A DNA stretch of 64,000 nt from an uncultured Solirubrobacterales bacterium (lineage in GTDB: Bacteria; Actinomycetota; Thermoleophilia; Solirubrobacterales; 70-9). The number at the start of each line of letters is the position of its first letter. The first letter of the stretch is position 1. The notes beneath the pieces were generated by a model. That model was not told the origin of the DNA, did not search any database, and saw only the letters and a program-made list of their open reading frames with translations. Where the stretch lies: NCBI GenBank assembly GCA_937872475.1, contig CALMSY010000025.1, forward strand, positions 6,379 to 70,378, given 5' to 3'. Both the position numbers and the translations under genes were made by a program. Positions 37,904-46,786 of the stretch are shown here, in pieces.

Positions 37904-40609
37904 ATGCCTGTTTCAAGGGTTATCGGGGATATGGCGAACCGGTCTTCAATAGCGGCGGCGATAGTTGCGGCAGCTGCTGTCGTTCTGCTTCTGCCCTCGA
38001 TGGCTACCGCCGAGAGGGTCACGGTCTCGCGCGACAGTCATGGCGAACCCCATATCCGGGCTGCCACAGCGGCAGGAGCCATGTATGGACTGGCCCAGGC
38101 GCAAATGGAAGACCAAGGCGCTTACATCCTTGGCGGGATCGCGTCCGCGAACGGTCGAAGCGCCGAGCTCTCCGGCCCGGAGTGTCTGCCAAAATGCTTC
38201 GTGAGTGACCAGACAATCCGCTTGCTGAAAATTCCCGAAACCGCGCTCGGAAACTTCTCGAATCTGCCGCCCGACGTTCAGGGGCGGCTGCGGGCGTTCA
38301 CTCAGGGAATCAACGACTACATAGGCGACTATCCGCATCTGCTGCCAGTCTGGGCGAGGACGGTCACGCCCGAAGAAGTGCTTGCTTCGATTTCTTACCC
38401 GTTCCTGATGGGGCAGTTGACCAAGGCTGTGGGAGGTGCCACCGATTTCGAGAGTGGGGCTGACGATGGATCCGGGACCACAGCTGCGTCATACATGTCA
38501 GGTCCCGGCGCCGTTGAACAAAAGGCGTCGAACGCATTTGTGGTGGCCGGGTCGAGGACCGCGAGCGGAAAACCGATTCTTGTCGGAGACCCACATGTGA
38601 GCTTCGAAGGGGCCACCCGCTGGTATGGGGCATCGCTCACCTACCCCGGGACCAAAGTACGTGGCGTCACGTTGCGAGGAGCCCCGGGGATCGCGATCGG
38701 GGCCAACGAACATGTCGCCTGGTCTCACACCGCAAACCATGGCAACACCTACGAAAACCAGCTTTACCGGGAGCAGCTGGACCCCGGCCGTCCCGACAGC
38801 TATCTCTATGGCGGCGTTTGGGAACCGATGGAAGTCCGGAACGTGCCGATCAAGGTCCAGACCGGACCTGGCATTTTCAGCACTGTCAACGTACGGATGC
38901 GCTATACGATTCACGGGCCGGTGATTTCGGATCCATTGGCAATCCCCGATGGAACCCAGGCATCACCGGGAACCAGCCAGGCACTATCGGCAGCGCTGAG
39001 CCTGTTCAACGAATACCGGCTGGTTGAACAGATCACCCGTCAGAACGATGCCCGGTCACTCGATGAATTCAAAGCGGCATTGGCGATGAACCAGTCAAGT
39101 GGCTTCCACACACTGGCCGCAGGGGCCAGTGGAATTTTCTACACGAGCGGAGGGCGCAACGCCCTGATTCGCGGGGGTCTAAACATCCGGCAGCCCCTGG
39201 ATGGAACCGACCCGTCCGCAACATGGCAGGGCATCATGCCCTTCGACCAGGTGCCCCAGGCCGAATCTCCGGCATCAGGCTGGCTACAGAACGCGAACAA
39301 CTCACCCTGGTACTCGGCACCCGGAGTGATCTCGAAAGAAACGGTGCCGTATCAGCTTGCCCGGGCCGATGTGAACGGTCCCCGTTCCAGGCGACTGCTT
39401 GATGTTCTGCCGAATGTCTCCGGACTGGATGCGGCAGGGTCGGAGGCGCTAGCCGAAGACACCTTCGTGGAGTTCGTGCCGACCATGAAAGCCCTGCTTG
39501 CCCAGGCGGCAGTCGCCGGAAGCGTGAAGGTCAAGGCAGGTAGCGAGCTGATCCAGGCATGGGATGGCAGGGCCGACGCAGACAGCACCGCGTTTCCGCT
39601 GTTCGCGACATGGCTCCGCGGACTGGATGAAAGCTCGCTCGGTTTCAAGTTCCAGAACCCGCCCGGTCCGTCGACGGTCTTCAGCGGAACACAACTGGTT
39701 ACGGCACGCCAGTCCATGAACAAGGCTTACGACGGGATGATCGCCCGGTACGGCCGGATTGATGTCGCCCTCGGGGATCTCCGCAAAGTAGGCCGGGGTA
39801 ACTTCACGGGCCCGGTGTCCGGTGGCGATTTTGACGTTCCGGCGCTGCGTATGGCTCACTGCAAGGGGCAACCGGGCGCCGGCTCACCTGTGGCCTACCA
39901 GCCCTGCGTTGCCTCAGGCGGATCCAGCTTCACCTTCGATATCGACATGGGTGACCCGTACTCACTTCGCTACAACCGGCCGGTCTCGAATACCGATGAC
40001 CCGTCTTCTCCGTTCATTTCCCGGAACACCGAAGATTTTTCGGCCGGGACCTTTCGGGTCATGCCGGTCACGGATTCGCAGGTCATGGCGAACCGTGTCA
40101 GCTTCGCGACAAGAACCATTCCAGGGACCAGCCCCAGAGGATTCAAGGCCCTTTCCAGACGGGTGAAAGCAGGTCGCAGGGGACGGACCAAAATTCGCTT
40201 CTGGTGCCCTGCCTCTCAGCCGGCCGCAGGAGGGATGCGTGTTTCGGGCCGCTGCAGTGGATGGTTCAAGGCCAGGGCAGTCGTCAAGGTCAGAAAGCGG
40301 ACCGGCGGCTATCGCCGGGTGCAGACGGTGGTCGGCTTCCGCCGGCTTAACCTGAAACCCCGAGCGAACACAGTCGGCCTGCGGCTCAACGGGAAGGGCC
40401 GCAAACTCCTGAAGAAGAAACATCTGCTCCGGATCCGTCTCACGATGAGGCTGAACCTGCTTGACGACCATGCCTGGAGCGGGCAACGGTTGATCCTGCG
40501 ACGGGCAGGTCAGGGAGAGGTGTCTTCGAGGCCGGCGAGCCGGGCCTCGATTGCTTCGGACGAGCCTTCGATGGGAATGTCCTCCGCGATTCCCTTCGGT
40601 TTCAGGTAG
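37904..40609 (+). CDS. Penicillin/AHL-acylase family (peptidase S45, Ntn-hydrolase) secreted protein with basic C-terminal extension
   Basis: It has a signal peptide (AAAVVLLLPSMATA), an alpha-subunit start (SRDSHGEPHIRA), and the beta-subunit nucleophile context ASNAFVVAGSRTASGKPILVGDPH. A K/R-rich tail of about 150 aa follows. An alternative start is ATG 37931. Confidence 0.8.
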   Translation: MPVSRVIGDMANRSSIAAAIVAAAAVVLLLPSMATAERVTVSRDSHGEPHIRAATAAGAMYGLAQAQMEDQGAYILGGIASANGRSAELSGPECLPKCFVSDQTIRLLKIPETALGNFSNLPPDVQGRLRAFTQGINDYIGDYPHLLPVWARTVTPEEVLASISYPFLMGQLTKAVGGATDFESGADDGSGTTAASYMSGPGAVEQKASNAFVVAGSRTASGKPILVGDPHVSFEGATRWYGASLTYPGTKVRGVTLRGAPGIAIGANEHVAWSHTANHGNTYENQLYREQLDPGRPDSYLYGGVWEPMEVRNVPIKVQTGPGIFSTVNVRMRYTIHGPVISDPLAIPDGTQASPGTSQALSAALSLFNEYRLVEQITRQNDARSLDEFKAALAMNQSSGFHTLAAGASGIFYTSGGRNALIRGGLNIRQPLDGTDPSATWQGIMPFDQVPQAESPASGWLQNANNSPWYSAPGVISKETVPYQLARADVNGPRSRRLLDVLPNVSGLDAAGSEALAEDTFVEFVPTMKALLAQAAVAGSVKVKAGSELIQAWDGRADADSTAFPLFATWLRGLDESSLGFKFQNPPGPSTVFSGTQLVTARQSMNKAYDGMIARYGRIDVALGDLRKVGRGNFTGPVSGGDFDVPALRMAHCKGQPGAGSPVAYQPCVASGGSSFTFDIDMGDPYSLRYNRPVSNTDDPSSPFISRNTEDFSAGTFRVMPVTDSQVMANRVSFATRTIPGTSPRGFKALSRRVKAGRRGRTKIRFWCPASQPAAGGMRVSGRCSGWFKARAVVKVRKRTGGYRRVQTVVGFRRLNLKPRANTVGLRLNGKGRKLLKKKHLLRIRLTMRLNLLDDHAWSGQRLILRRAGQGEVSSRPASRASIASDEPSMGMSSAIPFGFR

Positions 40610-42036
40610 ATCACATAGAGCGAGGCGAGCAGGAGCATCGCCGTAAGCGCGAAACCGATCTCCACCCTCAGGTTGCCGTCGCTGATCAGCGGCAGGATCG
40701 TCCAGACGAGAAAAAATGCGGCGCAGGAGATCCAGCGGATTGAAGCGCGGCGAGCCTGGCCTTGGGCGAGACATGCCTGATTCACCGTTACCGCGGCCAG
40801 GTACAAGCCCATTCCAGCGGTAATCAGCAGCAGACCGAGCCGGTCGTAGGTGAACTTGTCCGAGAATGCGATCTGCATCAGTTTCGGGCCGGCGATGATC
40901 ACCGTAAGGGCAGTTACCGCGGTGAACGCCGAGATTCCCATCAGGACCAGCCGGACCGAACGGTGGAACTGGTGCTCGGAATCGGGGTCCTTGCTGCTGT
41001 TGAGGGCTGTCAGGTGGGGCAGGATGCTGGTCGAGACGGCCTGGAACAGCTGCAGCGGGGCGCGGGCGATCATCAGCACGTTGAAGATGAAGCCTGCCGC
41101 GGCCACACCTTCGATGCTGCTCACGACCAGTGGCCCGGCGTTGAGGAAGACCTGCTCGGAAAACATGATCAGAAAGACCGAGCCGACGAATCCTGCGCCG
41201 TGTGAAAGTGAAAACTCGTCCCTCGCTTCCCGTTCTTCCTCGTCGGCGTCTTCCCCCGGCCGGCCGGACTGCTGGGCGATCCGGGCCCGTTCTTCGGCCT
41301 CGCGCCTGCTGCGACGTGTAATGGCCATCGGGACCACCATCAGGCTGAGCAGGGGTGCGGCGACGATGCCAACCGCAACCCACGACTGACCGGAGAGCAG
41401 GCCGAAAGCGACCAGGGCCGCGAACAGGGTGCGGAACATGGATTCGGAAAGGATCAGCGTGGTGAAAAGCCCGAACTGCTGATGCCCGGCGAGATAGCCG
41501 CGGGCGTAGTAGCTGGCTGCGTAAAAGAGCACCGAGGTGAAGAAAACCCAGTAGAGGACTTCATTGCCAGCCAGCAGGCCGTTCTCCAGGGGGCCTTTGA
41601 GAATCAGGGCAATCACCGCGAATCCAAGCGCCAGGCAGCTCTGGATCTTCGCGGCCACCCGGACCGGGCCGACGTCGGTGTCACCCTTTTCGATGTGCTC
41701 TGAAATGCTGCGCGAAAGCAGCTGGTCGACCGGCCGGTAGAGCGTCGAGACGGTAATGAAGACCGCCGACCAGAGCACCGTGATTTCGCCGTAGGCATCC
41801 TTGCTCAGGTCATGGGAGGCGATCAGGAAATAGGCATAGGTGAAGATGCCGGTCAGGCCGACACCAACGGTCAGCAAACCAACTGACTTCCCGTAGGCAC
41901 GGGTCGATGAATCAGTCTTTTCGGGGGAGTCGCTCAATGGATTGTTAGACGGAGCTTCGATCCCGGGGCGGGTCGAGGCGGTGACTCGGCTCAACGTCGA
42001 GCTCGAGTTCGATCCGGCGCACCCTCTCATAGACAC
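40510..42036 (-). CDS. Multi-pass membrane protein, polysaccharide/oligosaccharide flippase-like (MOP/Wzx-type)
   Basis: More than 10 hydrophobic helices are interrupted by one charged loop (RRSRREAEERARI...EEEREARDE). The start is uncertain. TTG 41937, just after the GT2 stop, would avoid a 92-nt overlap. Confidence 0.7.
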   Translation of the reverse strand: MSMRGCAGSNSSSTLSRVTASTRPGIEAPSNNPLSDSPEKTDSSTRAYGKSVGLLTVGVGLTGIFTYAYFLIASHDLSKDAYGEITVLWSAVFITVSTLYRPVDQLLSRSISEHIEKGDTDVGPVRVAAKIQSCLALGFAVIALILKGPLENGLLAGNEVLYWVFFTSVLFYAASYYARGYLAGHQQFGLFTTLILSESMFRTLFAALVAFGLLSGQSWVAVGIVAAPLLSLMVVPMAITRRSRREAEERARIAQQSGRPGEDADEEEREARDEFSLSHGAGFVGSVFLIMFSEQVFLNAGPLVVSSIEGVAAAGFIFNVLMIARAPLQLFQAVSTSILPHLTALNSSKDPDSEHQFHRSVRLVLMGISAFTAVTALTVIIAGPKLMQIAFSDKFTYDRLGLLLITAGMGLYLAAVTVNQACLAQGQARRASIRWISCAAFFLVWTILPLISDGNLRVEIGFALTAMLLLASLYVIYLKPKGIAEDIPIEGSSEAIEARLAGLEDTSP

Positions 42037-42940
42037 GCTGGGTCATGACCCTCTGGCCGGCGAGAAGGTCGCCGATTATGCCGAGAGCGAAAAGCTGGAT
42101 TGAGATGATGAAGAGCATCGCCCCGAGCAGCAGCGACTGCAGGTGGCCATCCCGGTCGCCGGTGGCTACCCAGTCGACCAGAAAAGGCATCCAGGCACCG
42201 AAGGCAGCGATGGCGGCGATCAGGCCGAGGATCGAGAAAACTTTGAGTGGTTCATACCTTGTGTAGATCCTGAGGATGGCCAGGCCGTTTCGCCGCACAT
42301 AACTGGAGGTAGAGCCGAAGAGACGCGAATCCCTGGTCTTGGGGTTGGTTGAAATCCGAACTTCATCGACCGCAAGCCGACCCTTGCCGGCCTGGATCAG
42401 ACTCTCCAGCGTGTAGGTGAAGTTGTCAACGACCAGAAGTTGCAGCGCCGCCTCCTGGCTGTATGCGCGGAAGCCGGAAGTGGCGTCGGACACTTCGGTG
42501 TCGGAAAGCTGGCGTACCACCCAGCTGCCGAACTTCTGAAGCGACTTCTTGGCCGGCGAGAAATGCTCGATCCCGGTTACCTCGCGGTCACCGACCACCA
42601 TCTCTGCCTCGCCATCGAGGATGGGGGCGACGAGTTTCGGGATGTCACCGCCGGAGTACTGGTTGTCGGCATCCGTGTTGACGATGATGTCGGCACCGAG
42701 TTTCAGGCATGCGTCGAGGCCGGACTGGAAACCGGTCGCGAGACCCCGGTTGTTCGGCAGGCGCACGATGTGGTCGACCCCGCATTCCTGTGCGATTTCC
42801 AGGGTTCGGTCGGTCGAGCCGTCATCGATCACCAGCGTCTCGATCTCATCCACTCCCTCGATTTCGCGCGGAAGGTCGGCGAGAGTCGCGGGGAGGGTTT
42901 CCTCCTCGTTCAGGCAGGGGATCTGGATGATTACCTTCAT
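41945..42940 (-). CDS. Family 2 glycosyltransferase with C-terminal TM helices (polyprenyl-phosphate sugar transferase-like)
   Basis: It begins IQIPCLNEEETL and has the motifs VIDDGSTDRT and NTDADNQY. Two C-terminal TM helices are present. Confidence 0.85.
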   Translation of the reverse strand: MKVIIQIPCLNEEETLPATLADLPREIEGVDEIETLVIDDGSTDRTLEIAQECGVDHIVRLPNNRGLATGFQSGLDACLKLGADIIVNTDADNQYSGGDIPKLVAPILDGEAEMVVGDREVTGIEHFSPAKKSLQKFGSWVVRQLSDTEVSDATSGFRAYSQEAALQLLVVDNFTYTLESLIQAGKGRLAVDEVRISTNPKTRDSRLFGSTSSYVRRNGLAILRIYTRYEPLKVFSILGLIAAIAAFGAWMPFLVDWVATGDRDGHLQSLLLGAMLFIISIQLFALGIIGDLLAGQRVMTQRVYERVRRIELELDVEPSHRLDPPRDRSSV

Positions 42941-42959
42941 GAGTCGTCAAGATTCTCCC

Positions 42960-44090
42960 ATGAGTGCCGCGCAACCCACATCCGAGAGCGACTACTGGCA
43001 AAGAGCCATCCAGCTGGCCGGGTACGGCCTGGGCTGGACCAGCCCCAACCCGATAGTCGGTGCGGTACTGGTCAAAAACGGCCAAGTGATCGGTGAAGGA
43101 TGGCATCGCAGGCATGGTGAACTTCACGCTGAACGGGAAGCGCTGGCCGATGCGGCCAGGCGAGGCAACGATCCGGAGGGAGCCGTGATCTACGTCACGC
43201 TCGAGCCTTGCGCCCACACCGGCAGCCAGCCACCCTGCGCCGATGGCCTGATCGAGGCGGGAGTGGCCGAGGTGGTGATCGCCGCCGAGGACCCGACGGA
43301 AAAGACTCGCGGCCTAGGCCCTTCCAGGCTGGAGGAGGCGGGTGTGAGGGTGCGCTGGGCGGATGGTCCGCCGGCCGACACCGCAGTCGGGCTGATCCAG
43401 GATTTCCGCAAGCGGGCGATCACCGGCAAGCCGCTGGTCACCCTCAAGATGGCGATGAGCCTCGACGGCAAGGTTGCCACCTGGACCGGAGACTCGCAAT
43501 GGATCTCGGGGGAAGAAAGCCGCGCCCTGGTTCATCGCTGGCGGGCCGGGATGGATGCGGTCGCGGTTGGCTCGAAAACCATGCTCGCCGATGATCCAAG
43601 GTTGACTGCCCGCCTCGCCGGAGATGGCCCGGTCCGACAGCCAGCCAGAGTTGTTTTCGATTCGAAACTGGTCACCAGGCCGGATGCCGCAATTTTCAGG
43701 GATGTCGGTGAAGCGGCGGTGCTGATCATCTCTGGCCCCGGACCCGATCCCGACCTGCTAGCAAAGCTGGAAGCAGCAGGGGCGGAAATAATCCCCGTCG
43801 CCGGCGAAACGGCAGAGGGCAGGTTTGTCTCCGCGATGGAGGCACTCGGCTCGCGCGGAATCGCATCGGTTCTGCTCGAAGGCGGCCCGAAGCTGGCCGG
43901 TGCTGCGGTCGCGGCAAGGGAGGTCGATCGGGCAGAGATCTTCGTTGCTCCGGTGATTCTCGGCGGTGGCCGGACCGCGACAGAAGGAAACGGGCCTGCA
44001 TCAATGCCAGATGCCACCCGGGTCCCGGAGCTGCGGGTGAGCCGGGTCGGGCAAGATGTGCTCATGTCTTCAACGATCAGGACCTGGTGA
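42960..44090 (+). CDS. ribD: Bifunctional riboflavin biosynthesis deaminase/reductase
   Basis: The deaminase zinc motifs are HAEREAL and PCAHTGSQPPC. The reductase half is KMAMSLDGKVA. The ORF-track start at 42549 is rejected. An alternative ATG lies at 42939. Confidence 0.9.
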   Translation: MSAAQPTSESDYWQRAIQLAGYGLGWTSPNPIVGAVLVKNGQVIGEGWHRRHGELHAEREALADAARRGNDPEGAVIYVTLEPCAHTGSQPPCADGLIEAGVAEVVIAAEDPTEKTRGLGPSRLEEAGVRVRWADGPPADTAVGLIQDFRKRAITGKPLVTLKMAMSLDGKVATWTGDSQWISGEESRALVHRWRAGMDAVAVGSKTMLADDPRLTARLAGDGPVRQPARVVFDSKLVTRPDAAIFRDVGEAAVLIISGPGPDPDLLAKLEAAGAEIIPVAGETAEGRFVSAMEALGSRGIASVLLEGGPKLAGAAVAAREVDRAEIFVAPVILGGGRTATEGNGPASMPDATRVPELRVSRVGQDVLMSSTIRTW

Positions 44091-44704
44091 TGTTCTCCGG
44101 ACTGGTGCAGGATCTCGGAAGGGTCGAGTCAATCGATGTCGGCCCGGATGGGGCCAGAATCCGCCTGGCGACGGAACTGGCCGGCGAGGTGGCGCCCGGT
44201 GACTCCGTTGCGGTGAACGGCTGCTGCCTCACAGCAACCGAAGTCGATGCTGACAGCTTCACTGCAGACGCGATGCAGCAGACCCTCGACCTGACCTCAC
44301 TGGGCCGGCTTCAGCCTGGTGCCCCGGTCAATCTGGAACTTGCCCTGAGGGCCGACCAGCGGCTCGGGGGGCACATAGTGCAGGGACATGTCGATGGCAC
44401 CACAAAGGTGATCGGCCTGCGCCCGGACGGCTTCTCGCTGCGTCTCAGGTTTTCTCTCCCGGTGGATCTGGCCCGGTACGTGATCCCTCAGGGATCGATC
44501 ACGGTCGAGGGGGTCAGCCTTACCGTGGCTGATCGTGGCGAAGACTGGGCGGAGGTGGCCCTGATCCCGGAAACCAGGGAGAGGACAACCCTCGGGACGC
44601 TAAAAGTCGATTCAACCGTCAACATCGAGTGTGACGTAATCGCCAAATATGTCGAACGCATGGTGTCACCATACGTTCGAGAGTCCGGCACTCACCCGGA
44701 CTGA
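44090..44704 (+). CDS. ribE: Riboflavin synthase (alpha chain)
   Basis: It has the [11 protein letters not shown]-terminus and an internal duplicated lumazine-binding repeat. The start shares one nt with the ribD stop. Confidence 0.9.
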   Translation: MFSGLVQDLGRVESIDVGPDGARIRLATELAGEVAPGDSVAVNGCCLTATEVDADSFTADAMQQTLDLTSLGRLQPGAPVNLELALRADQRLGGHIVQGHVDGTTKVIGLRPDGFSLRLRFSLPVDLARYVIPQGSITVEGVSLTVADRGEDWAEVALIPETRERTTLGTLKVDSTVNIECDVIAKYVERMVSPYVRESGTHPD

Positions 44705-44737
44705 CCAGGACAACCGGAAAGAAAGTTTGAAGGGACC

Positions 44738-46054
44738 ATGGCAGCCGAAGAAGAGCACGGCAGCGTGAGCGCCGCCGAAGAGACTCCATTCGCCACGATC
44801 GAGGAAGCCCTGGAGGAGATCCGGGCTGGCCGGATGATCGTCGTGACCGACGACGAAGACCGGGAGAACGAAGGCGACCTGGTCATGGCCGCCCAGTTCG
44901 CGACCCCGGAAGCCATCAATTTCATGGCCAAGGAGGGGCGTGGGCTGATCTGCCTTTCACTGACCGCCCAGCGCTGTGACCAGCTCGGCCTGCGCTTGAT
45001 GACCGCCAAGAACGAAGCCCCTCTTGAAACGGCCTTCACCGTCTCGATCGAAGCAGCCGAAGGTGTTACCACCGGAATTTCGGCGCATGACCGGGCCCAT
45101 ACGGTCCAGACGGCGATTGATCCGGACGCGACCCCGCGCGACATCGTTGTTCCCGGCCATGTCTTTCCTCTCAAAGCCAAGGACGGCGGCGTGCTCGAAA
45201 GGACGGGTCACACCGAAGCCGCCGTCGACCTGGCCCGTCTGGCCGGCGTTTCTCCGGCCGGTGTCATCTGCGAGGTGATGAACGAGGACGGCACAATGGC
45301 GCGGGTCGATGACCTGGTTGGCTACGCCAAAAAACACCATCTCCTGATGATCACGATCGCTGACCTGATCGCTTACCGGCGGGAGAACGAGAAGCTGGTG
45401 GAGAGGGTCGTTTCGACCGCCCTGCCGACCAGCTTCGGTGACTTCCGTGCGGTTGGCTTCCGCTCTCTGGTGGACGACAAGCACCACGTGGCAATGGTCA
45501 AGGGCGAGGTCGACTCGGGTGAGCCGGTGCTGGTCCGTGTCCACTCGGAATGTCTGACCGGGGATGTCTTCCACTCGATGCGCTGTGACTGCGGCGAGCA
45601 GCTCGCCGCCGCGATGGCGATGATCGAGGCTGAAGGAAAGGGTGTCCTGCTCTATCTGTCACAGGAAGGCAGAGGGATCGGTTTGCTGAACAAACTGCGG
45701 GCCTACAAGCTGCAGGAGGAGGGCCTTGACACGGTTGATGCGAACCTCGAGCTCGGTCTTCCGGCCGACCTCCGGGATTACGGCATCGGGGCACAGATTC
45801 TCAGGGATCTCGGCCTTGGCAAGATCAAGATCCTGACCAACAACCCGAAAAAGATCATCGGACTCGAAGGTCACGGACTCGAAGTCACCGAGCAAATCAA
45901 GATAGAAGCGCCGCCGAACACCCATAACGAGGCATATCTCAAGACCAAACGTGACCGGATGGGGCACATTCTCCATCACCAGGGACTTGCTCTCGACGAG
46001 GAAATGATCCTCGATGAGCAGATTCACGACAGCGAGAAGAACCAAAGTGCCTGA
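44738..46054 (+). CDS. ribBA: Bifunctional DHBP synthase / GTP cyclohydrolase II
   Basis: It has [11 protein letters not shown] (RibB) and the zinc motif [18 protein letters not shown] (RibA). Confidence 0.95.
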   Translation: MAAEEEHGSVSAAEETPFATIEEALEEIRAGRMIVVTDDEDRENEGDLVMAAQFATPEAINFMAKEGRGLICLSLTAQRCDQLGLRLMTAKNEAPLETAFTVSIEAAEGVTTGISAHDRAHTVQTAIDPDATPRDIVVPGHVFPLKAKDGGVLERTGHTEAAVDLARLAGVSPAGVICEVMNEDGTMARVDDLVGYAKKHHLLMITIADLIAYRRENEKLVERVVSTALPTSFGDFRAVGFRSLVDDKHHVAMVKGEVDSGEPVLVRVHSECLTGDVFHSMRCDCGEQLAAAMAMIEAEGKGVLLYLSQEGRGIGLLNKLRAYKLQEEGLDTVDANLELGLPADLRDYGIGAQILRDLGLGKIKILTNNPKKIIGLEGHGLEVTEQIKIEAPPNTHNEAYLKTKRDRMGHILHHQGLALDEEMILDEQIHDSEKNQSA

Positions 46055-46511
46055 AGCCGGAAAGGGATCTCCGGCCGGCCGTTACGCAATCGCGGTCGGC
46101 AACTTTTATACGGACCTGGCCGATCGCCTCGTGGCCGGCGCAAAGGAAGAGTTCGCAAAGGACGGGATCGGGGATTCCGACATCGATGTCTTTGAGGTTC
46201 CTGGAGCTTTCGAGTTGCCGCTTGCGGCCAGCTACGCAGCCCGTTCGGGCAAATACGACGGTGTCGCCTGTCTCGGTGCGGTAATCCGCGGCGAGACCGA
46301 CCACTACGATTTCGTATGTGGGGAAGCGGCCCGCGGGATCCAGAACGTCCAGCTTGAAACCGGCGTTCCATGCGGTTTTGGCGTGTTGACCGTGGATAGC
46401 ATGGATCAGGCGTTGGCCCGGGCCGGGGGTGGTGGCAAGCGCGATTCCGGTGCCAATGCGGCACGCGCTGTCCTTCGCATGAACGCGATTCGGCAGGAGC
46501 TCCGCCCCTGA
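46047..46511 (+). CDS. ribH: 6,7-dimethyl-8-ribityllumazine synthase
   Basis: It is lumazine-synthase-like ([22 protein letters not shown]). GTG 46047 gives an 8-nt overlap with ribBA. Confidence 0.9.
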   Translation: MPEAGKGSPAGRYAIAVGNFYTDLADRLVAGAKEEFAKDGIGDSDIDVFEVPGAFELPLAASYAARSGKYDGVACLGAVIRGETDHYDFVCGEAARGIQNVQLETGVPCGFGVLTVDSMDQALARAGGGGKRDSGANAARAVLRMNAIRQELRP

Positions 46512-46551
46512 AGGACGCCGGTCGCGGCGATCGGCTAGGATGCTCCGTCCT

Positions 46552-46743
46552 ATGGCACGCGTATGTCACACCTGCGGTAAGGGTCCCGGCTTCGGAAACA
46601 ACCGGAGCCATTCGATGGTCGCCACCCGGCGCCGGTTCGACCCGAACCTCCAGAAGGTCCGAATTCTCGAGGGTGGTGCCAAGAAGCGCGTGCTCGTCTG
46701 CACCCGCTGCCTCAAGGCAAACAAGATTTCCAAAGCCGCGTAG
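46552..46743 (+). CDS. rpmB: 50S ribosomal protein L28 (Cys-containing, zinc-ribbon form)
   Basis: [21 protein letters not shown]...RRFDPNLQ carries CxxC...CxxC. Confidence 0.9.
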   Translation: MARVCHTCGKGPGFGNNRSHSMVATRRRFDPNLQKVRILEGGAKKRVLVCTRCLKANKISKAA

Positions 46744-46786
46744 CCTGCCGCACCGGCCGGGGTCCGGACCGGTAGGCTGATCCGTC

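Noticed and set aside
39962-41383. 473-aa minus-strand ORF overlapping the acylase 3' end and the flippase gene in another frame
   Set aside because: The product is extremely R/P/G-rich. The alternative frame (40510-42036) gives a coherent multi-TM protein.
42549-42959. ORF-track start of ribD at 42549, giving a 513-aa protein
   Set aside because: The first 137 residues are low-complexity S/P/R-rich and lie antisense to a well-supported GT2 gene. The canonical RibD N-terminus begins at ATG 42960 (or 42939).
42941-42959. FMN riboswitch upstream of the rib operon
   Set aside because: At most 19 nt are available between ribD and the divergent GT2 gene. The other spacers within ribD-E-BA-H are 33 nt or less.
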